64,000 bases of DNA, from positions 14,481-78,480 of the forward strand of contig CAXHZO010000011.1 of NCBI GenBank assembly GCA_964022095.1. The letters are read 5' to 3'. The position numbers and the translations under genes are program-made. The first letter of the stretch is position 1, and each line of letters starts with the position of its first letter. Of this stretch, positions 31,898-41,413 are shown piece by piece. Below the pieces are notes generated by a model. That model ran no database searches, was not told where the DNA came from, and saw only the letters and a list, made by a program, of their open reading frames with translations. The stretch is from an uncultured Arcobacteraceae bacterium (lineage in GTDB: Bacteria > Campylobacterota > Campylobacteria > Campylobacterales > Arcobacteraceae).

Positions 31898-32248
31898 CTA
31901 AAAAACAAGTACAGTTTGTACTTGTTTTTCTACTTTTTCTTCGGGTTTTTCTCTATAATTTTCTATTACTAACATATTTTTATATTGTGCTTCTGTAACT
32001 TTTACTACTCTTATAGAACCATTTAAAGGTGAAGCTAGTTCAATCTTTTTTTCATATTTTTGTGCGATTGCCAAACTTTTGCAAAATCTTATATAAACTG
32101 AATATTGAAACATTATAAAACCCATTTCTAAAAGTTTATTTCTAAATTTTGTATATTTTTTTATATCTTTTTTTGTATTTGTTGGCATATCAAACATTGC
32201 AAATAAAACCATCTTTCTATACCTACTTTCTTGTGATATATTTTTCAT
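31898..32248 (-). CDS. cas2: CRISPR-associated endonuclease Cas2
   Basis: MVLFAMFDMPT...FRNKLLEMGFIMFQYSVY, type II Cas2 signature. Confidence 0.96.
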   Translation of the reverse strand: MKNISQESRYRKMVLFAMFDMPTNTKKDIKKYTKFRNKLLEMGFIMFQYSVYIRFCKSLAIAQKYEKKIELASPLNGSIRVVKVTEAQYKNMLVIENYREKPEEKVEKQVQTVLVF

Positions 32249-33117
32249 AATTTAAATAATATTAATTCTTCAGTTTTTGATAAGCAAATTGATTGATAAT
32301 TTGCAACCATAAGTTTCATACAGTTTGATACAGTCATATTTTTATTATCATAAGTAACAGTTTCCTCTAATAGTTTTAATAAAGCTATTTTAATAGATGA
32401 ATTTAATTCCATATCTTTTTTTATAGACCTTGCAACGTAGTTATCTACTATTGGTCTAAAAGGTTCTATTAAATCATCTGCTAGATTAAAAGAATTTAAT
32501 TCACTACTGTGATGAATACCAAAAGCTGGATTTAAACCATAGGCTATTAAATATCTACAAATAGAACTTCTAAATATTGCATAACCAAAGTTTAGTACTG
32601 AATTGTTTATATTTTCAGGATTATTTCGTGAAAAATCTTTACCAAATAACTCTTTAAAATAATACGCTGCTGCAGTTGCCTCAATATTTTCTTTATCATT
32701 TGATTTTATTCTAGGAATTAATAAATCAATATATTCATAGTTTTTATTTAGTTTTTTTAATATTTTGGATTGATTTCTCACTTTTGAAGCGACTATATCT
32801 TTCCATATTTGATTTAGTTTTGGTTTTGAAACTAGGATTTGAGACTTTTGTATTTTTGTTGTTCTACTGTTTTTATTTATTCCAAGAAGTATGGAACTAG
32901 GCATAAATTTTTCATCACAAAAGATTACATTGATATTTGATTTAGTTAATTGAGATAGAAGTGCAGAGGTGATGGTAGTTTGCTGGTTTTCTATGACTAT
33001 TGTATCAATATCATCAAAACAGACAGTTGTTTCAAAGTCATCAATTTTTACAGATATTAGATTATTTTTATAGCTTAGATATGATTTGTTTTTTATATAT
33101 AGTTTTTGAAGAGACAT
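32245..33117 (-). CDS. cas1: CRISPR-associated endonuclease Cas1 (type II)
   Basis: EATAAAYYF, NSVLNFGYAI, GIHH, NLADDLIEPFRP. Confidence 0.97.
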   Translation of the reverse strand: MSLQKLYIKNKSYLSYKNNLISVKIDDFETTVCFDDIDTIVIENQQTTITSALLSQLTKSNINVIFCDEKFMPSSILLGINKNSRTTKIQKSQILVSKPKLNQIWKDIVASKVRNQSKILKKLNKNYEYIDLLIPRIKSNDKENIEATAAAYYFKELFGKDFSRNNPENINNSVLNFGYAIFRSSICRYLIAYGLNPAFGIHHSSELNSFNLADDLIEPFRPIVDNYVARSIKKDMELNSSIKIALLKLLEETVTYDNKNMTVSNCMKLMVANYQSICLSKTEELILFKL

Positions 33118-33217
33118 TTATAAACTCCTCAAAAAGAAGAGCTTATAAAAAAACTTTTGCGGGACTAAATCGTCCCTTGTTTTAACCAGACTATCAAATC
33201 CCCATTTGATATGAGAA
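33117..33217 (-). ncRNA. tracrRNA (ends approximate)
   Basis: Anti-repeat at 33179-33212, followed on the - strand by AAGGGACGATTTAGTCCCGC (nexus-like hairpin), a U-tract and a second hairpin; TATAAT on the - strand at 33224-33229. Confidence 0.9.
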
Positions 33218-33229
33218 TATTTTATTATA

Positions 33230-36200
33230 TTATTTCTTAAACTCTTCATAGGAAATATCTCCTTGATAATTTATAAATACTTTTCTTGCAATTGTGTCTT
33301 TATTCAATGTTACTTTTATTTCAACTTTAGATTTTGTATTTAAAGGTTTTAATTTAATTTTATTGTTTGAACTTGATATATCTCCTCCACCATTAAAAAT
33401 AAAATACTCTTTAGTAGATTCTTTTAAATTTTCAATTTCTAGAATATCACCTTTTTGAATATTGATTTTGTCTTCGTAATCTTTTATAAGTTCTATTTTC
33501 TTTTCATTTATTTTTGGAGGAATATTGTTTTTTATAGAAGAAAAATAGTTTAAACCTATAACTTGTCCTTTTGAAGTATTAAATAAATCTACATTTAATG
33601 TAGTGTCATTTAGTTTTGCGACAAAGGGAATATCTTTTTCTTTTAATTCTTTATATACATCAAGTGATAATCTTTGTAATCTATCTTTTTGTGTTTTATC
33701 TGTGATTATTATACTATCTGCTTTTGAGGCACTTTTAGTTTTTACTTTTATATTTCTAACTATTTGTTTTAGACCTTTTTTTGTAATAAAAAAGCAAGGT
33801 TCGTTTTGTAAAAACTCTTCACTTTTTTTCTGTTCATCTAGTCTAGATATTTTATCTTTTATAGCTATTGTTTGCTCTGTATCTTCATAGTTTTTTTTGT
33901 TTGGTAGTTCACCTTTTAATTCATCTATCTCTTTTTTAATATTTGAAATATTTTCTCTTGTAGTTAAAAGTTTATTTTTATATTCTAATAATGCATTTCT
34001 AATATTTTCTTGTTTTGGTAAATCTAAATGAGAGATCAAATCTTCTACTTTTTTATTTACCTCTTTATCACTTATATCTTTTCCATAATTATCAAATAAA
34101 AGATTTTTATCGATAGCTTTTTTATCAATTTGATAAAATTCTTCTTTCTCTTTATCTAAATATAGTTTTACATTTCCATCTTTAAAGCCTACTACATTGT
34201 CTCTTTTTTTGATTATTGGGCAAATATATAATTCGTTGTTTTCATATTTTTTAACTTTATCTTTTATAAATTCTACTAAATTAGTTCCATCACTAGTAAC
34301 TGGAAATCTAGTTTTGATTTTTTCAATTATCTTCTTTGTTTTAAATCCATTTTCGTTTTGTTTAAAAAAATCATTTAAACCTTTTTTTGCTGATTCATTT
34401 AAAAGAGAAATTACTATTGCATCAATAGTATGATGATAGTTTGTTTTCCTATCTTTTTTATCATCTTCATTTTTAGGCTGTACTTTATCAACACCCCAAA
34501 GTCTTTTTAATTCACTTATTGCTTTTCCAGTAACTCTTATTACATTTTGATTTGTTTCACCTTTTCCATATTCATTTTGTTTAGGATATAAATAGTGTTC
34601 CAAATAATTAGCTATAATCTTTGTAGCACTTCTAGTATCATTTAAAAACCTATCTTCAAGATTTTCTCTTTCCCAATTTTTATTTATATTTTCTTCATCA
34701 GTTAGCCAAAAAACTTTACTATCGTTTGTTAATTCTTTTTTAACTCTTGAAGTAAACTCCTCCCAAATATTTTTTGATTTTAGATAAGTGATTGGATGTG
34801 TATTTGATTTGTCCTGATTATGTTTTTTTAGAACTAATATTTTATTTTTATATGAATTTATCCATATTTTACTTCTTGGGATAAAATGTTCTACTTCTGT
34901 TTTGTGTTCATCAAGTGCATCTTCTAAAGTTAAAGGCTCCCCACTATAAAGACATTTTGATTTTTGTTCAATTAAAAGTCTAGCTCTTTCTATATTTTTT
35001 CTACTTAATTCATAATCTTCAGCTAAAAGCAGTTTCTCAGAAGCTTTTATCTCTTTTCTACTATTTGCTTGAGCTTCTTTGATTTGCTCTTCTTCTTTTT
35101 TTGAGTTTAACTCTCTGGCAGTTTCAATGATTATTTTATCTATTTTCCCATATTTAAATATTAAATCATTTACTAATCTTCTTAAAATTGAAATTACTCT
35201 TTTTACATTTGGAGAAACTAAAGGCTGATAAAATATATGCTCTCTTTTGAAGTTCTCAATATTTTTTTCAAGCCAAAGTAAATCTTTTTCTGATGGATTT
35301 AATGGTGGTAAATAAGAATAAGGTTTCATATCTAAATATTTTCTAAAATATCCTAATTCAACAAGAGTATCGTGATATGATTTTTCAAATCTCATTTTTT
35401 GTAAAATCTCTTCAATGAAACATAACGAAAAAGAAGCATATGTGTCTTTTGTTCCTTTTGAAACTTTTGATAATTCTTTGATTATTTCATTACTTAAAAG
35501 GTTTTCTTTTTCAACTTTTTTAATCTCTTTAAAAATTTGTTCTTTATTTACATAATAAAATATTTTCTTTAAAATCTCTGAATATAAGTCTTTATGTGTT
35601 TTAAAAATATCAAAATCAGTCTTTTTAAATATTTCCAATAACTGTGTATGAATTCCAATATCAAGAATAGTTTCATCTTGTTTATTTGAAGTTTTAATTT
35701 TTATATTTTTTAGTCCAGCTTTATCAAAAATATTTTTAGTATTTATTGTTTTTGTTGGTGGTTTTTTTAACCATAACTCTACTGTATTATCAATTTGTTC
35801 TTTTGTTGGAGTAAATAGTTCTCCGGTTTTATCATTAAAAATTAAATTACCTAAAATAGAATTCTCAATTCTTTGTCTAATAGTTAACTCAATACTAGAA
35901 ATATGAGATTTTGGAATTCTTTTTTGAGGCTTTTTATGGAATTTATTATAGAAACTACAAAAACCAACCATATCTTCCATACTTTTTAATGCTCTTTGTT
36001 CAAAAATACCTATTGAGTTTTCATTTACACCATTAATAAGCTTATTCTTAAAATTATCATATATTTCAACAGTTTTAAAAAGCTCTTTATTTTCTTTTTG
36101 TGATTCTAATAATATTTCTAATTCTTCTTGCCATAAATCTCTATCAAGTGAATTATTATAATTGTCTTTTTTATTTCTAACTGCAATATTTGTAAAACCA

Positions 36201-36736
36201 TTATTTTCTAAATTTAACTTTTTATTTAACAAAACAGAGGAAGGAAGAGATAAATCATTTTTTACATATAGTTCTTTATTGTTAGAGATAGCTTCATTTA
36301 TCACTCCATCATCTTTTGAATCTTCTGTTTTAAATTGATTAGAATATCCCCTTCTTGTAATGATAGAATAAAGTGAAAAAGTGAAATCATCTTTCGATAA
36401 ATTTTTACCATTAACGGCTTCTTGCCTTAAAATATATGGATTTTTATCTTTTGATAATTTGTTAAAATATTTAATTGGATTAGTAAGAATAGATTTTTCT
36501 GCTAGTTCAAAACTACTCAATAGTTTTCTAACTATTTCATTTCTTCTACTTTTTCTTTCATTTCTTCTTCGGCTACTTCTAAAACTTCTTCTATCCTCTG
36601 CTTTAATATATTCACTAAATATAACACTATTTGAAGACAGTTCTTTAAAAACTGTTTGTTCATTTTCTATTTTTATTTCATTAAGTGAATAACCAATACT
36701 ATTTGTACCAATATCTAATCCTAATACCTTTGACAT
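33230..36736 (-). CDS. cas9: Type II-C Cas9 (1168 aa)
   Basis: RuvC-I LGLDIGTNSIG, Arg-rich bridge helix, IETARE, HNH EHFIPRS...NKILV...NQDKSN, RuvC-III HHTIDA; no csn2 or cas4 in the locus. Confidence 0.98.
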   Translation of the reverse strand: MSKVLGLDIGTNSIGYSLNEIKIENEQTVFKELSSNSVIFSEYIKAEDRRSFRSSRRRNERKSRRNEIVRKLLSSFELAEKSILTNPIKYFNKLSKDKNPYILRQEAVNGKNLSKDDFTFSLYSIITRRGYSNQFKTEDSKDDGVINEAISNNKELYVKNDLSLPSSVLLNKKLNLENNGFTNIAVRNKKDNYNNSLDRDLWQEELEILLESQKENKELFKTVEIYDNFKNKLINGVNENSIGIFEQRALKSMEDMVGFCSFYNKFHKKPQKRIPKSHISSIELTIRQRIENSILGNLIFNDKTGELFTPTKEQIDNTVELWLKKPPTKTINTKNIFDKAGLKNIKIKTSNKQDETILDIGIHTQLLEIFKKTDFDIFKTHKDLYSEILKKIFYYVNKEQIFKEIKKVEKENLLSNEIIKELSKVSKGTKDTYASFSLCFIEEILQKMRFEKSYHDTLVELGYFRKYLDMKPYSYLPPLNPSEKDLLWLEKNIENFKREHIFYQPLVSPNVKRVISILRRLVNDLIFKYGKIDKIIIETARELNSKKEEEQIKEAQANSRKEIKASEKLLLAEDYELSRKNIERARLLIEQKSKCLYSGEPLTLEDALDEHKTEVEHFIPRSKIWINSYKNKILVLKKHNQDKSNTHPITYLKSKNIWEEFTSRVKKELTNDSKVFWLTDEENINKNWERENLEDRFLNDTRSATKIIANYLEHYLYPKQNEYGKGETNQNVIRVTGKAISELKRLWGVDKVQPKNEDDKKDRKTNYHHTIDAIVISLLNESAKKGLNDFFKQNENGFKTKKIIEKIKTRFPVTSDGTNLVEFIKDKVKKYENNELYICPIIKKRDNVVGFKDGNVKLYLDKEKEEFYQIDKKAIDKNLLFDNYGKDISDKEVNKKVEDLISHLDLPKQENIRNALLEYKNKLLTTRENISNIKKEIDELKGELPNKKNYEDTEQTIAIKDKISRLDEQKKSEEFLQNEPCFFITKKGLKQIVRNIKVKTKSASKADSIIITDKTQKDRLQRLSLDVYKELKEKDIPFVAKLNDTTLNVDLFNTSKGQVIGLNYFSSIKNNIPPKINEKKIELIKDYEDKINIQKGDILEIENLKESTKEYFIFNGGGDISSSNNKIKLKPLNTKSKVEIKVTLNKDTIARKVFINYQGDISYEEFKK

Positions 36737-36768
36737 AATTAGCCTTTAATAATTGTAATAATAACTAA

Positions 36769-36806
36769 ATAATAACATAATAATGACTCAGAAATGACTC
36801 AATTTA
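36769..36806 (-). promoter_or_regulatory. Putative cas9 promoter: tandem TGAGTCA-N4-TGAGTCA element 6 nt upstream of an extended -10 (TGTTATTAT)
   Basis: 36782-36806 is 24/25 identical to 48461-48485, with the same spacing to the -10. Confidence 0.75.
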
Positions 36807-36843
36807 GAAGAAAAGTAGGATTATAGATTAGAAAAATTGTTAG

Positions 36844-36868
36844 AAAAACTAGAGAGAAACTCTAGTTT
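36844..36868. repeat. 25-bp direct repeat, right copy; terminator containing the RidA-family gene stop
   Basis: AAAAACTAGAGAGAAACTCTAGTTT, identical to 30206-30230. Confidence 0.9.
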
Positions 36869-37245
36869 TTAAATGCAATTACATCAACTTCTACTAAAAC
36901 ATTTTTAGGAAGTGTTTTCACTGCAACTGTAGCACGTGCAGGTGCAGTTTCAGCGGAGAAGTACTCTGCATATACTTCATTAAATGCTACAAAGTTATCC
37001 ATATCTGATAAATAACAAGTAGTTTTAAGTACATTATCAAAAGATGAGTTTGCTTCTGTTAATACTGCTTTTAAGTTTTCCATAACTTGTTTTGTTTGCT
37101 CTTTGATTCCACCTTCACAAATTTCCATTGTTTCAGTGATTAATGGAATTTGTCCTGATAAAAATACTAGCTTCTCAAAAGAAGTTCCTTGGTTATATGG
37201 GCCAATTGCCGATGGTGCTTTATTAGTAGAAATTATTTCTTTCAT
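36862..37245 (-). CDS. ridA: RidA/YjgF enamine-imine deaminase
   Basis: APSAIGPYNQG, SGQIP, PARATVAVKTLPKNVLVE. Confidence 0.9.
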   Translation of the reverse strand: MKEIISTNKAPSAIGPYNQGTSFEKLVFLSGQIPLITETMEICEGGIKEQTKQVMENLKAVLTEANSSFDNVLKTTCYLSDMDNFVAFNEVYAEYFSAETAPARATVAVKTLPKNVLVEVDVIAFKN

Positions 37246-37279
37246 AAAAATCCTTTATATTTTTTAAGATGGTATTATA

Positions 37280-38413
37280 TTAGAATCTTCTTTTTATTAC
37301 AATTATTATTAAAATAATTAAAATAAACCAACCAAAAATTTCAAAGAATTTTTGAACACCAAAAATACTAACTAAAGGCATAGTAAGTATGGGAGAGAAA
37401 AACTGTCCCATAAATAATGAGCTTGTTAGATATCCTGAACTCTTTACTCTTTTTTCTGGTTTTACTAAAGTTAACATCCAAGAAGTTACACAAGTCATTA
37501 GTAAACCTCCACCAAATCCCATCAGTGGCGAAGTTAAGAAAAAGTAATAGACATTATCTATAATTCCAATAATAATAAATCCAATACCAATTACTACTAA
37601 CCCAATGATATAAATAGTACTAAATTTTAGTTTCTTTTTTAACCTTGCAAAAGCCAATGCACCCAAACCATTAAAAACAAAGGCAAGACTTATAATACCA
37701 CCTGCTAATGTTCCACTTGCACTAAAATGATTCATAATCAAAAATGGCATTTGTGTTGGTAAAATATAAAAAATCACCATCAAAATAAATGCTAAAACAT
37801 AAATAAAAAACACTCTATTATCAGCTGTTTCTTCTTCTAATTCTTGATCTTGGATTGGTATTTCTTTTACATATTTTAATACAAAAGGTAAAAGAACAAC
37901 TCCAATAGAATAAATCAAAAATGGATAATGCCAAGAGATATCACTAAGCATTCCTCCACCTGCTACAAATAGCACTCCTCCAAGAGAAGTAAAAGCCATT
38001 TGTACACCCATGAATCTATGTCTTTGCTCACCTTTAAAGTAATCCCCTACTAAAGAAGTAGATACAATCATAAGTATTGCAACAGATATTCCAAATACTG
38101 CTCTTGATACTAATATTTGTTCAATACTTTGTAAATAAAACCCTGCAGTTCCAGTTAGTGAAAAAAGAATCAGTGCAAAAACAGCAGAGTTTTTCTTACC
38201 AATTTTATATACAAAATGCCCTAAAAAAGGCGCTAAAAAAGCTATTGTAAAAGATGGCAAAGTAACTATTAGTCTAGAATATAGTTCTATATTATCTATT
38301 TTAAAAATATCTTTTAAGTGAGGAATCACTGTAATTATTGCAACATTACTCATCATTGTTGTTACTGCTAAAAGTAACAGTGTGAGTTTAGTTAAGTTTG
38401 AGATTTGGTTCAA
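37280..38413 (-). CDS. MFS transporter
   Basis: About 12 hydrophobic segments, MFS pattern. Confidence 0.85.
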   Translation of the reverse strand: MNQISNLTKLTLLLLAVTTMMSNVAIITVIPHLKDIFKIDNIELYSRLIVTLPSFTIAFLAPFLGHFVYKIGKKNSAVFALILFSLTGTAGFYLQSIEQILVSRAVFGISVAILMIVSTSLVGDYFKGEQRHRFMGVQMAFTSLGGVLFVAGGGMLSDISWHYPFLIYSIGVVLLPFVLKYVKEIPIQDQELEEETADNRVFFIYVLAFILMVIFYILPTQMPFLIMNHFSASGTLAGGIISLAFVFNGLGALAFARLKKKLKFSTIYIIGLVVIGIGFIIIGIIDNVYYFFLTSPLMGFGGGLLMTCVTSWMLTLVKPEKRVKSSGYLTSSLFMGQFFSPILTMPLVSIFGVQKFFEIFGWFILIILIIIVIKRRF

Positions 38414-38421
38414 TATTTTAC

Positions 38422-39195
38422 TTAGGAATTATTAAGAAAGAAAAGTTCAAAAGTTCTATTGACTTTATTTAGTACCTCTTCATTTTTTCTTATTAGTTTA
38501 TGGTTTGATTGTCCTGCTTTTACTATCGCTTTTGAGTAGGGAATAACATTTTCATCATCTAAGTATTCATTTACATCTACCCATTTTGCATCTTCTATTT
38601 CATCAGTATCATTTATATTTATTTCAGATGTTAAAGGTTTGGCACAACATAAAATATATAAATTTGATTTATGAAATTGATGTGGATAAAAATGCCCAAG
38701 AGAAACTACAGATTCAAACTGTACTTTTATTCCTGTTTCTTCATATACTTCTCTAATGGCAGCTGTTGAGATCATTTCAGCATCATCAATATGCCCACCA
38801 GGAAGTTTATACCCAATAGTACTGATTTTCTCTTTTATTACAAGAAGTTCATTTTTTTCATTTATAACTACAACCCCTACTCCTAAAGTATGATTTGCAG
38901 CAGTGGGAATAATAGCATTTGGTTTTAATCTTCTTACAACTAAAACATAATCTTCACCGCAAGAGTGAAAAAAGAACTCTTTTTTTGTTGCTATTTGTAT
39001 AAAATTTGATTTTTCAATAGGTATATAAATCCATATCAAAAATCTGTGATTTATAGTCTCTTGTATTAAAAAATCAAGATTTAATTCAAACTCATTTATA
39101 TCATCTGGTAAATCTTTTGCATCAATTGTAAGACCATTATATGGGTCTAATATAGTTTTAAAACACCCTATTTCTTCTACACTTGTATTTTTCAT
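38422..39195 (-). CDS. Nudix hydrolase with N-terminal extension
   Basis: GGHIDDAEMISTAAIREVYEETG Nudix box. Confidence 0.88.
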   Translation of the reverse strand: MKNTSVEEIGCFKTILDPYNGLTIDAKDLPDDINEFELNLDFLIQETINHRFLIWIYIPIEKSNFIQIATKKEFFFHSCGEDYVLVVRRLKPNAIIPTAANHTLGVGVVVINEKNELLVIKEKISTIGYKLPGGHIDDAEMISTAAIREVYEETGIKVQFESVVSLGHFYPHQFHKSNLYILCCAKPLTSEININDTDEIEDAKWVDVNEYLDDENVIPYSKAIVKAGQSNHKLIRKNEEVLNKVNRTFELFFLNNS

Positions 39196-39208
39196 AGACC
39201 TATCTTAA

Positions 39209-39823
39209 CTAAAATGAAATTAAATCTATTAAAGAATAAGCAATATAAAGCATAAGTAAACCAATACCTACATCTAATATTTTCCATGTGATTGGTTTTT
39301 TAAATAGTGGTATTAAAAACCTTGCCCCAAAACCTAACATACTAAACCAAACACTAGAGGCTAAAACTGCACCAAAAAGAAAATATAGTTTTAGACTATC
39401 TTCAATATTTGCACCAATTCCACCAATTAATAATACAGTATCTAAGTATGTATGAGGGTTTAAATACGTAAATACCAAAATCATAGTAATTACTTTTTTT
39501 AAAGGATTAGTTTTAACTTCATCATCAATTTTTAAACTCTCATTTTTTAAAGCTGATTTAAATGATAAAAAAGCATAAGAAACTAAAAATATTATTCCAA
39601 AAATTGCAATTGAATTTATAAGAAGTTGATTACCTTTGATAAAAAAACCTAGACCATAAACACCTAAAGTAATAAGTAAAAAATCAGAGATTACACATAT
39701 TAAAACTGCAGGTAAGACATACTGTCTTAGAAGTCCTAATTTTAGTAAATATGCATTTTGAGCACCTATTGCTACAATCAAAGAGAAGGTAACAATAAAG
39801 CCTTTTAAAAGAATATCAAGCAT
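39209..39823 (-). CDS. LysE/ArgO family amino-acid exporter
   Basis: LIVAIGAQNAY and TYLNPHTYLDT. Confidence 0.9.
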   Translation of the reverse strand: MLDILLKGFIVTFSLIVAIGAQNAYLLKLGLLRQYVLPAVLICVISDFLLITLGVYGLGFFIKGNQLLINSIAIFGIIFLVSYAFLSFKSALKNESLKIDDEVKTNPLKKVITMILVFTYLNPHTYLDTVLLIGGIGANIEDSLKLYFLFGAVLASSVWFSMLGFGARFLIPLFKKPITWKILDVGIGLLMLYIAYSLIDLISF

Positions 39824-40445
39824 TTAGATACATCTTAACTAAACTCACAGTTCCACCAACTATAAACTGTACTGCAATTGCACCAACAATTAATCCCATA
39901 AGTTTAGTAATAATATTTTGTCCCGTTTGTCCAAGATATTTTTTTATATAAATTGAATTTTTTAAAACTAAATAAAGAATTAAGGCATTTACACAAAAAG
40001 CAATTAAAATAGATACCACATCAAGTGCAGTTTGAGCTTGGTGCTTAAAAATAATAATCGTAGTAAATAACCCTGTTCCAAAAGCAATTGGAATACCAAT
40101 TGGAATTATTGCTAATTCTTGATCATCTTTTTTATCATTATTTTTTACATCACCTGTTTTTGGGCCATTTACCATGGAAATTGCCATTAAAATAAGTACT
40201 AATCCACCCATTACTTTTAATGAATTTTCACCTATTCCAAAAAGTTTTAAAATAGCATCACCTGTTATTAGAACTATTATAAAAGCTATTAAAATAGTAA
40301 TTGTTGTTTTAAATGCAATTGAAGATATTTGTGATTTTGTAATATTAGAGCTAAGTAGTGAAAGTGCGATTGCACTTACACCAATAGGATCCATAATAGC
40401 AAAAAATGTAATTGTTTGCTGTAGTAAAAGTGAAGTAAAATCCAC
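39816..40445 (-). CDS. MarC family membrane protein
   Basis: FFAIMDPIG, AIIPIGIP, IITKLMGLI. Confidence 0.88.
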   Translation of the reverse strand: MDFTSLLLQQTITFFAIMDPIGVSAIALSLLSSNITKSQISSIAFKTTITILIAFIIVLITGDAILKLFGIGENSLKVMGGLVLILMAISMVNGPKTGDVKNNDKKDDQELAIIPIGIPIAFGTGLFTTIIIFKHQAQTALDVVSILIAFCVNALILYLVLKNSIYIKKYLGQTGQNIITKLMGLIVGAIAVQFIVGGTVSLVKMYLNA

Positions 40446-41410
40446 TAACTCATTCCACCTTTAGAAGCCATGTTTTTTTCTAGTCTATGACCAATAAAAC
40501 TTAAAACTGAAGTTATACATAAATATAAAAGTGCAACAACAATCCATGTTTCAAAAGGAGAGAAAGTATTTGCAACGATCTCTTTACCAACTTTTGTTAA
40601 ATCTGTAATTGAAATTACAGAAACTAAAGATGAATCTTTCACAAGTGCGATCATTTCTCCAACTAATGTTGGCAATGCTCTTTTAAAAGCTTGAGGTAAG
40701 ATGATATATCTCATAGCTTGAAAATTTGAAATACCAAGTGACTTAGCAGCTTCAAGTTGACCTTTATCAATAGATTGAATAGCACCTCTTAGAATTTCTG
40801 CCATATAAGCACCAAAGAAAATACCAAGTGATAATACACCAGCTACAAAACTTTCTAATCCAAATATATTAGCTACAATAAAATAGAATAAAAAGATTTG
40901 TACAAGTAAAGGTGTACCTCTTACAATAGTAATATAAACCGTTGCGATACTTCTTAAAAAACTCAAAGATGACAATTTCATAAATGCGACTATAATACCT
41001 ATTATAAATGTCAATACAGCAGCTAAAAATGATATCTTAAGAGTCATCCACAGACCGTTTAATATAGGACCTGCTTTTGTTTCAGTTTTAGAAGCAATAT
41101 AATCATATTGATAAATATTGTCTCCAACTTCATAATCAAATGAAAAACTACTATCCAAATTTGTTAGCTCTATCTTTTCATCACCATCAATAAAGTATTT
41201 TCCATTTTCTAATACTAGTTTTCCATTTGCTGGTGCTTCAATACTTATTGTTTCTTCATATACAAAATATTTAGGAACAGAATTCCACTTCCAAACATAA
41301 TTCATGTTTGAAGCAGCCATATAGAAAAAGTAACCAACTACTACATAAAAACATAGAGCAATTAAATGCCCTGTGTTTTTATTTTGTGTCCAAGATTGTT
41401 TTTTAGCCAT
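40445..41410 (-). CDS. Polar amino-acid ABC transporter permease
   Basis: RGTPLLVQ, AEILRGAIQSIDKGQLEAA (EAA loop), KDSSL. Confidence 0.93.
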   Translation of the reverse strand: MAKKQSWTQNKNTGHLIALCFYVVVGYFFYMAASNMNYVWKWNSVPKYFVYEETISIEAPANGKLVLENGKYFIDGDEKIELTNLDSSFSFDYEVGDNIYQYDYIASKTETKAGPILNGLWMTLKISFLAAVLTFIIGIIVAFMKLSSLSFLRSIATVYITIVRGTPLLVQIFLFYFIVANIFGLESFVAGVLSLGIFFGAYMAEILRGAIQSIDKGQLEAAKSLGISNFQAMRYIILPQAFKRALPTLVGEMIALVKDSSLVSVISITDLTKVGKEIVANTFSPFETWIVVALLYLCITSVLSFIGHRLEKNMASKGGMS

Positions 41411-41413
41411 TTA

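Noticed and set aside
33000-36692. Short + strand ORFs antisense to cas1/cas9 (33000-33185, 33603-33890, 34197-34433, 36381-36692) as possible anti-CRISPR or accessory genes
   Set aside because: Shadow ORFs with Phe/Ser/Leu-rich antisense composition, lying opposite well-supported genes
30206-36868. CRISPR-associated transposon or IS element
   Set aside because: No transposase, integrase, TnsABC/TniQ or terminal inverted repeats; only the direct repeat is supported
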